This document shows, piece by piece, positions 25,592-34,000 of a stretch of 64,000 nt of DNA (its first letter is position 1; each line of letters begins with the position of its first letter). The notes beneath the pieces are model-generated. The model made no database searches, was not told the origin of the DNA, and was given only the letters and a program-made list of their open reading frames with translations. Source of the stretch: a virus. The position numbers and the translations under genes were made by a program. The stretch lies in IMG/VR virus record IMGVR_UViG_3300032288_001804, positions 1 through 64,000 of that record; one strand, given 5' to 3'.

Positions 25592-25731
25592 CGACCTTGT
25601 CCTCTGTAAGCTTTCTTGTAGTTCTTACTAGACTTTAATCGACTAGTTTTAGTTTTTGCTATTACTCCAGGGCGACTAACCTTAGTTGCTCTTGGAGCAT
25701 AGCTGTTCTTTGCGTTTACTACTTTTGCCAT
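25588..25731 (-). CDS. small basic protein ending KKAYRGQGR (47 aa, not in the ORF track)
   Basis: MAKVVNAKNSYAPRATKVSRPGVIAKTKTSRLKSSKNYKKAYRGQGR; coupled to the upstream stop. Confidence 0.7.
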   Translation of the reverse strand: MAKVVNAKNSYAPRATKVSRPGVIAKTKTSRLKSSKNYKKAYRGQGR

Positions 25732-26126
25732 TACTTTTTACCTTTAAGAAGTTTTGCTTTTTCTAGTCTATCTACTTGGTCAAGAGCTGTAATTGATCCA
25801 CCTTTTTTTTGCAAGTATTTAGGTTTTTCAAGTACATCACTTGGTGCTGTAGCTCTTTTAAATTTAGAAGCATTTTCGCCTTTTTTTGCAGCAAGTCTAA
25901 TAGCTTCTTGAACATTAGGATTATACTTGCTATCTTTATCTTTTCTATTTAAATAGTTGATGCTGTCTGCATTTAGCATATCTATCTTCATTTGATCTAT
26001 TGCAGCACGATAGCCCGCCTTACTAGTTGGTCGTTCTGGTGTATTTTTTTTTATACCAGCCATTACATTTCTAGCTTTTTCTACAGTACTCTGAGTTTGG
26101 TACTTTTTAATAGGTTTTTTTGCCAT
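25731..26126 (-). CDS. basic hypothetical (possibly virion) protein
   Basis: Lys-rich; QKKGG motif. Confidence 0.7.
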   Translation of the reverse strand: MAKKPIKKYQTQSTVEKARNVMAGIKKNTPERPTSKAGYRAAIDQMKIDMLNADSINYLNRKDKDSKYNPNVQEAIRLAAKKGENASKFKRATAPSDVLEKPKYLQKKGGSITALDQVDRLEKAKLLKGKK

Positions 26127-26137
26127 TAGTTTAATTT

Positions 26138-26284
26138 TTAAGATCCACAGTATAAACAGCCGTCATCTGCGTCTTCGCTTTCGCCGGCTAATATTTTTTT
26201 ACATTCAGCATCCACTTGTTCCTCAGACCATTGGGGATGAAATGCTTTTACTTGAGCTCTAAGAAATTGATAGTTATTATCCAT
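26138..26284 (-). CDS. 48-aa protein ending in an acidic CxxC tail (not in the ORF track)
   Basis: MDNNYQFLRAQVKAFHPQWSEEQVDAECKKILAGESEDADDGCLYCGS. Confidence 0.7.
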   Translation of the reverse strand: MDNNYQFLRAQVKAFHPQWSEEQVDAECKKILAGESEDADDGCLYCGS

Positions 26285-26285
26285 C

Positions 26286-26447
26286 TTACTTCTTACCCAT
26301 TTTCTTCATAGTCATTTTAGGCTTGCTACCACCTTTTTTCATGACACTTGCTACTTTAGTAGTGCCACCTTTTTTGTAACCAGCTGCTTGTCCGGCTCCG
26401 CCGCTACGTGGATTACGTCCCATCGGCATGTAATTGTTTGTTGCCAT
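26286..26447 (-). CDS. small basic KKGG-repeat protein (53 aa, not in the ORF track)
   Basis: MATNNYMPMGRNPRSGGAGQAAGYKKGGTTKVASVMKKGGSKPKMTMKKMGKK. Confidence 0.7.
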   Translation of the reverse strand: MATNNYMPMGRNPRSGGAGQAAGYKKGGTTKVASVMKKGGSKPKMTMKKMGKK

Positions 26448-26458
26448 TGTATTATAGT

Positions 26459-26914
26459 TTAATGTGTTATCGTATATATAAGACTACCAAATAAAAATAC
26501 GCCAATTCCTCCGAATATCCAATTATTTTTTCTGGCTATATGGAGTTTATCTTGGGTATCAGCTAGTGAATCCCTTGATGCTTCTAGGCTTACATGTAAA
26601 GCAGAGTTTTTATTGACGCACTCTGTTGTTCTTTCATTCGCCAAAGAGACTTGTTCACCAGCCTTCTTGATCTCGTACTCCTTATCAAGGATCCTGAGAT
26701 TAAGTGTGGTAATGATTTCATCTTTACGTAAGAGGCTAGCTTTGACATAGTCATAGTCCACAACAATCTTGAGGAGTTGTTCCTCTTGTTTATCTGTAAA
26801 GAAGATCCCTTTGGTACCATCCCAGTTAATTCTTTGGGGTGTAAGTTGCCCATAAGTGGTCCCGTTGCTTATCATCAGCAGTAGGGATAATAGCAATAGT
26901 TTTATCGCGTTCAT
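26459..26914 (-). CDS. putative spanin-like lysis protein (signal peptide, coiled coil, C-terminal TM)
   Basis: Architecture and position downstream of holin and endolysin. Confidence 0.5.
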   Translation of the reverse strand: MNAIKLLLLSLLLMISNGTTYGQLTPQRINWDGTKGIFFTDKQEEQLLKIVVDYDYVKASLLRKDEIITTLNLRILDKEYEIKKAGEQVSLANERTTECVNKNSALHVSLEASRDSLADTQDKLHIARKNNWIFGGIGVFLFGSLIYTITH

Positions 26915-27191
26915 CTTTATCTTGTTTATCTTGTTGATTAATTACGTTAATCTGGTTAATTCTCTGAAGATCTACAATCTTTAAGCTGTCTTGTACAAGC
27001 TTAAACTTTAGAGAGTCTATCTCCATAGCATGTTTGGTATCTTTAGCAAAGGCTTTAGATTTTAAATCCTCTATCTTAGCCTCTTTAACTTTTATTTTAT
27101 ATAAAAGTACAGCTATCCATATACCTATTGCTAGTATACCTGCAAATACTAATATCTCAATTAGTAGATTCTTCTGTTTCCGGTTTGGCAT
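26826..27191 (-). CDS. putative inner-membrane spanin-like protein
   Basis: N-terminal TM plus coiled coil; overlaps the downstream gene. Confidence 0.55.
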   Translation of the reverse strand: MPNRKQKNLLIEILVFAGILAIGIWIAVLLYKIKVKEAKIEDLKSKAFAKDTKHAMEIDSLKFKLVQDSLKIVDLQRINQINVINQQDKQDKDERDKTIAIIPTADDKQRDHLWATYTPKN

Positions 27192-27429
27192 TTTCTTCAG
27201 GTTTAGGTAAATTCATCTTTTGAGTAAATACTCCTTCAATCATGGTTCCTACAAATACCCCACCACCAATAAACATAATGGTGTTATACATGTACTCTGG
27301 AGTTTTGTACTCTGAGAATGTAGCTATCCACGCTAAGGCAGACCCTGTTAAGATACAATAAAGACCTACGAGTCTTTTAGAACTCTGGTCTCCGTCTTTG
27401 CTTAATATAGATAGTATCCACTTTTTCAT
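27157..27429 (-). CDS. putative holin (two TM)
   Basis: SSKRLVG followed by two TM helices and a charged tail; next to the endolysin. Confidence 0.6.
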   Translation of the reverse strand: MKKWILSILSKDGDQSSKRLVGLYCILTGSALAWIATFSEYKTPEYMYNTIMFIGGGVFVGTMIEGVFTQKMNLPKPEENAKPETEESTN

Positions 27430-27536
27430 TTGTCTGTCCTATACTTATAATATTTCCATCCTATATAGCAAGCTACATAAATTATTGCTGCTAAAGAAAA
27501 ATAGTACAATATTTTTTCTGCAAGTGTTTCTTCCAT
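27426..27536 (-). CDS. 36-aa single-TM protein (possible lysis regulator; not in the ORF track)
   Basis: MEETLAEKILYYFSLAAIIYVACYIGWKYYKYRTDK. Confidence 0.55.
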   Translation of the reverse strand: MEETLAEKILYYFSLAAIIYVACYIGWKYYKYRTDK

Positions 27537-27537
27537 T

Positions 27538-28083
27538 TTAAAACTCTCTTAATAGGCTATAAGTAAACTCTTTTCTACCAGAAGCTTTACATACCGCAAG
27601 CATTGTGTTAAACTCGGTTGGATTATTAAGTACCTGGCATCCTGCGGACCACTTATCTATAAGTTTAGAGATAGCTGATGCATTAGCCCGATGTATGTTA
27701 ATACCAAATAAACCAGTTTGTTCTATTCCTTGTTCTTCTGCAGTGTCATCTTTGTCACCATCACGGTATACAGTTACAGGTTTACGTTGCACTAACGCTT
27801 CATACTTACCTTGGTGTAATCCTAATTGGTAAGCATCAATATATTGTCCGGGTTTCAATACTGCTGTACCTTTTGGATTTAGTAAGTTCTTTAACCAGTG
27901 AGTTCCAGGATTAGTTGTTCCTGAGAATACTTGCATCATTGGACCGTTTACTAAGTAAAAGGTATCATCAAACTTGTTCTTCTCATTAGCCTTAGATCTT
28001 ACACCAATAACGTGTAAGGTTGGCCATTGATAACCTAGTCTAGCAAATTCTGCTTCTAGTTCTTTGTAAGAATACTTTTTCAT
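27538..28083 (-). CDS. putative endolysin with a YkuD / L,D-transpeptidase-like catalytic motif
   Basis: GINIHRA...WSAGCQV (His...SxGC); heads the lysis cassette. Confidence 0.6.
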   Translation of the reverse strand: MKKYSYKELEAEFARLGYQWPTLHVIGVRSKANEKNKFDDTFYLVNGPMMQVFSGTTNPGTHWLKNLLNPKGTAVLKPGQYIDAYQLGLHQGKYEALVQRKPVTVYRDGDKDDTAEEQGIEQTGLFGINIHRANASAISKLIDKWSAGCQVLNNPTEFNTMLAVCKASGRKEFTYSLLREF

Positions 28084-31000
28084 TATTGTTCTGTTGCTAT
28101 GTTTTTACGTCTTGTTTCCATTGTTTTTTGTCTACCTGCAGGGTCTATAAACTGACCACTTAATCCAAAGAACTGACCAAGTGTTGAATACCATTTCGGA
28201 TCACCAGCTTTTTCCCAAGGATATACACCAGAGTCTTTTTGATAAATACCAGATCTATTATCAGTAATATCTGCTGCAATGTAGCTAACTAAGTTTATTG
28301 TACGGTTAACCGTAGGATTAAGCATAGCACCCGTTTTAAGGTTAAATATACTAGTAAGATTGCTAAGTCCATAACCTGGCCATGCTAACCAGTCTTCTTG
28401 GTCATGACCTACACGAGTTGTAATATACAAAGCTTGTAGTTCTAACCAATCTTTTGGTCTAAATACGGCAGATTCTTTTTCAATATCTCCATATAAGTCG
28501 CTTTCAACCTCAGCCCCTAAAATTGGTAAAGGACCGCTTCTTCTATAAAGCTTTTTCCAAGTATCAGGAGTTGGTAGTTGTTCTACAGTACCTTCTTTTT
28601 TACGCTCTTTAATTCTTCTTTTTAAATAGCTTTCAACATCTCCTGTTACAAGTAATCTTGCTTTAGCTTTTAAGTCAGCTTGTCTTTTCTTTTTAGCTTG
28701 TTCTTCTATAGCTTCTTCTTCATCATCATCTGGATTATAACCAAAAATTACAGATTTCATATAGCCAATAGCTATTAACATGCCTATCCATCTTACACTT
28801 TTCATCATATAGACACCCTCTTCTCTTGAAGGAGATGCTAATCCTGAACCATATGTTCTTACAGCTTTAGTAAGATAGTTAGCTACAGCACTAAAGAATC
28901 CCATATGGATGTCATCATTACCCCAATCATATCTTCCAACACCTTTACCAGCAAGTATATTACCTTTTACACCATAGTGATTTATCAACATCCTTGTAAG
29001 GTGTGTTTGAATAAATGATACTATTCTGTATAAAGCCCACTTCATTGCTTGTGGTTTATTAAATTCTCCAAATGCCCCGTTTATATTAGATATGACGGTT
29101 TGCATTCTACTTTTTACTTTTAAGAATTCTGGACCATTGATATCATATTTAGGGTCTACACCATCTTTTAATTTTATAAGACCATCTGGACCTTTTTCCC
29201 AAGCATTTAAATAATTTATATACTTAGTCTCACCATTTACAGTTTGCTTAACTTTTTGATAGTGCATCAATGCACCCATAGTTTGCATTGTTGCTAACAT
29301 TTCAAACCACTTACGTGTGTTAGTCATGAAGTTAAGTCTTACTACGTCACCTGCAAGATTTCTAGCAAGACCGTCATCTAAAGCTCTTTTTTGGTAATCT
29401 TCTCCAGGATCAAAAAGCTCAATAAGCTGACCTGTAACTGACTTAGGACCTGTTTTATAGATCTCTGCAGTCACAGTACTCATAGCTTTTACACCAAAAA
29501 CTTTTCCTGCTTGTAAACTAATTGGGTTAATATACTTAAATCCCCAGCCTTCAATTTTTAATTCCATTAAGGCATCATAGTAGTTTACAAGAGCGCTACT
29601 CGGGTCTAAAGCAAAGTATCCAAATGACGCTACTTTAGCCATTCCACCAAATAAATTATTTATTGCTACAGCACCGCCACCTTTTCCATATTTTTGACCT
29701 TCAAATTCCCTAGCGATAAGGTAATCTAACGCTTCATATCTAGGAGTTTCCTTAAAGAAGCCAACTACTTTTTCTTTTTTGGTCTTTTTATCTTGTTTCT
29801 CAGATGTAATTATTTCACCTAAGTTATCTAACTTATTCTTTTTATAAACTCTTTTTCCAGTTTCAGCATCCTTAACATAGTAGAATTCTTTCATAGCTTT
29901 AGCCATTGGAGATAATTCAACAAGCTTTTGATGCTTTTCTAAAGATGCCATATAACGCATTGTACTTTTTACAAAGTTTCTTGATACGTTATTCATTTCA
30001 ATATTAGACCTACCTTGAATAGGAATTTTTGAGTTTTGTTTAGCAAAGAAGCTTAGTGATTCTACTTCATAGTCTTCGGTAAAGTTTGCATCACCTTCTT
30101 CAAATGATCCAGCTCTTGGTGTGAAGAATCTTATTACATCCTCAAACCAGCGACTGAAAACCTTTGGTTTTTCTAAATTAGCTTTACCAGATATTTTTCT
30201 TTTTGTATTTCTTAATACATCCCCTATGTCCTCTGCAATATCTGTGGTATATCTAGGAAGCTCCAAATACATTTTAGTGCTGCGATCCTTGCCTTCTTGA
30301 ATACCTACATAAAATTCTTTATACTTTTCAAGAGCATCAAACATAGCCTTATTAGTTCTACGAAGTTCTAAATAACGCTTGTTTATAAATGGACTATCTG
30401 CAGGAGCACCTTGTGTTAAACGTTTAGGTAACCAATTACCTTTATTATCTTTGTTAGGTGGAATAATATTACCATTTGCATCTTGTGTGTTAGGTAATAT
30501 TTCTTCAGTTAAAAATTCTGGTTTAACATCAAACGTATAGTACTCTAAGTTAGGTACTGCTAATAGTGTTTCTTTTACAAGATTTCCTTTTTCATCTTTT
30601 TCTAAAGTTGCTGTAGGTATCTCAATACTTTCAAATAACTTATCATCTGCAGGCTGGCTATAGTTCCAAACTTGTAGTCTTTGCCAAGAATCTACCCAAC
30701 CACCTTTACCATCATAAATCTTTACTCGTATGTGATTTTTATCAAACCATGTTGCAAACTGTGCATTTTGAGATTTGATATTATCTACAACGTCATCTGC
30801 TAAAAAATAATCAGCATCGCTTTCACTTATATAGTTAACACCTAAATCATCAATAACAAATTGAGTATCGACAAGAGTTAGATAGTTATTATATATATCT
30901 AGGTAGTATGTATTAGCCTTTTTCTCACTAAGACTTCTTAATGTTTTATAAGCTGTTGCTAATGCTTTGTTCTCATCTTTAGTTAAACCATTGTAAGATT

Positions 31001-34000
31001 GCTTTTCAAATAGTTCAGCAGCACGATCTTGTTCATCTTGAGCTGGCATTTGTCCCATCCCGTAGTTGGCCAATGCAAAACGTTCAACATAGTCAAGTAA
31101 GAAATCATTTTCTTCCTCAGTAAGATTATTAATCTTACCAGAGTTTTCTTTTGCATATACAATAACCTCTTGAATATTTTTAATAAGCGCCATAGCTTCT
31201 TCTGTTATTTCAGAAGCTGCTACCATTTTACTTTCATCTCTACTAATAGAAGCAATGTCATTTATAATAGAATATAAATCACCAACTGATTCTATTTGAT
31301 CAATTATATCTTGACTTACATTTCTTTGTGCAAGCTGTTCCTTAAGAACCTTAGCGGTTGCTTCTTTTATCTTTGGATCTTTTTTAGCTTCAAGTTCTTT
31401 AATAGCTTGATAAAGACCTGCTTGTATTTCGTAATATTCTTTTTTTGCACTTACTCTTGTATTATTTGCAAGCCAAGTTTCACGCTCTCTTAAAAATTCT
31501 TCAGAATTTCTATCACCATTTATACTTGGTCTTAATAGTAACTGTTGCTCGTAGTCAGATAAGGCTTTTAAAAATACACCAGGACGTGGTTTAGATTCAT
31601 AGAACCCTGAGCTTAAACTTCTATACTCACGTAATCTTTCAGCAATAAGTTTTTCATCTCCGGTTTTAAGGTTTCCAAATCTGTCTACTAAGCTGTATAA
31701 AAATCTTTTTTCTTCTAGCGCAAGCTTACGTTGTTCTGTTTCATCTTTAATTTCAAAGCCTTGACGCTTCATGTCTTTCCACATCTGAAGCTTTTCATTA
31801 ATATCGTCAAGTCTTCTTTTAGCTTCTGCACCTATATCATCTCTTTCAAAGAGCTCTTGTCTTTCATAGAATTCAGGCTTATACTTATTGTTAAAATATA
31901 AGCGTCGCATCTTATCATACTCTTGCTTAAGCTTATTATATGCTTTTTTATCAGCATCGTTTAAGCTTTGGTAGTATGCAAAACGAGCTTTCTCAATATT
32001 AAATTGTTGTTGTGCATCCCACCATTCATACCCTACAAATTCGTCTAAGAACTTTAATACTTTAAATTCATAAAGATTACCATTTGCATTTTTTTCAGCA
32101 ATGCTATCTTCCATTAAGAAAGTATCTGCCATGCTAACTAAGTTTCTTGCATTTATACCAGCTTTCTTAAGAGCTGGTACAACTTGAGATGCAAACATAA
32201 CTTTATGAGTATGGATCTTTGATTCCATTTCCATATAGTTATTTCTTAGGTACTTAGCAAAAGCTCCTACAACAGGATCTTGGTTAACTAAGTAGCTTTC
32301 AAATAACGCATTCATCTGGCTGGCAAGTCCGTTGTTTACAAGATCGCCATCTACCATTTTCTTAAAGGAATCTTTAGTAAGCTTTATACTATTGTAAGCA
32401 GCCTCTTCTACAGCTAGTAATCTTTTAGTAGCTAACGGAGAATTTTCTAAAAATGCTTTACGCTTTAGCCAACGTTCATCTATTTTTTTAGCTGTTGGCT
32501 CAACAAACTCCCAAAGAGTATCTGTTAAGTTTTCACCATATACATATAGTGCAGCTTTTTTACCTCTCTTTGAAGCCTTTTCAATTTCTGATACAAGCTT
32601 TTGAAGATCTGATTCTTCTGTAACACCAAGGTTTTCTAAGTCATTAGTAATTTTATCAGCTAGTTCTATAAAAGAATCTAGATAATCACTAAGATTTTTA
32701 ACACGATAAATACTAGTTTCAGATACACCAAGGTTTTTAATCTCCTCAATTCTACCAGCAATCTTTTTAGAAATCATATTTAATTGCTGAAGACTGTTAA
32801 CAAATGCTATAGCAAGCTTTCTATTTTCTTCTACAAGATCTTTAATATGTCTAGTTCTATTAGACTGGTAATTACTAAGAGTAGAAGTAATATATGCAAG
32901 ATCCCTACTATCGTCAGTTGTTAATAGGAGGGCAAGTTCCTGGTACTCTTCTTTAGTGGTAGCTTGAAGCTGATCACTAAATAGTTTGTACATTGAATCA
33001 ATAGTATTTTTAAGTTGGGCATGTGTCTTCTTAGCAGTCTCATCATCAACCGCATTATCCAACTCCTTAATGAAATCATTTATTTCTTTAGCGTATTGTA
33101 CAGCATCCTGCTCTAAAGATTCTGCAGTACCTATTGATGTATCTATATTAAACTTCTCGGATAGCATTTCATTTGCTAAATCCATAAAAGAAGTATTAAC
33201 TCCTAGGTCACTAAGCTTAGGTCCAGCACCAAATAGTTTTCTAAAGAACTTTTTAATTTGATAAAGTATATTAGAAATCATTTCGCTGAATGAATTCGGC
33301 ATAGGTGTGCTAGAAAGCTGAGCCTGTGCTGCTATAGTCAACGCATGTACAATAATTTCTTCTGAAAATCCTTGTGGATCACCTTCAAGTTCAGGGTATT
33401 GCTTTAAAAAGTTTTCTTGTAAACCTAATTTACCTAATTCAGACCAAGCCTTCTTAGCTAGTTTTTGAAATAACTCTGGATTTTCTTTTGCTAAGTACTT
33501 TACAAAAGGGTGAGCAAACTCGTGAAATAAAGTCTTTGTACTTAATGCACCATCTACTATATATACTTTTCCATTATAAAAGAATGCTGGTGCATTATTA
33601 TAAGGAGCATTTGTATTCTTAGTAAGTTCTATTGCCTCATCTTTACTAATAAATTGAACCTCAGGTTCACCAAACACATTTAGCATGTTCATACTAGCTG
33701 CTAAGTTTTTTACAACTTGCATTGCTTGAACATGTTCTGATTGCTCTTGAGTTAATGTATTTGATAATAAATCATTTATTGCCTCATTATCTTCTTCATA
33801 AGTAAGGCTTATCATATCATCGATAGCTTCAATTTCCTTGATAAACCACGCCCTATCTATACCATTTTCCTGAGAACTAGGTGAGTTAGGTTGTATAGGT
33901 ATCGGAGTTTTAAGTACTTTTATGTAATACTTTTGAGGTCCGTTTCTTAAATCATTCTCCTCTTTTACAACATCTAAGTAGCGTATATTACCATTAAGTC

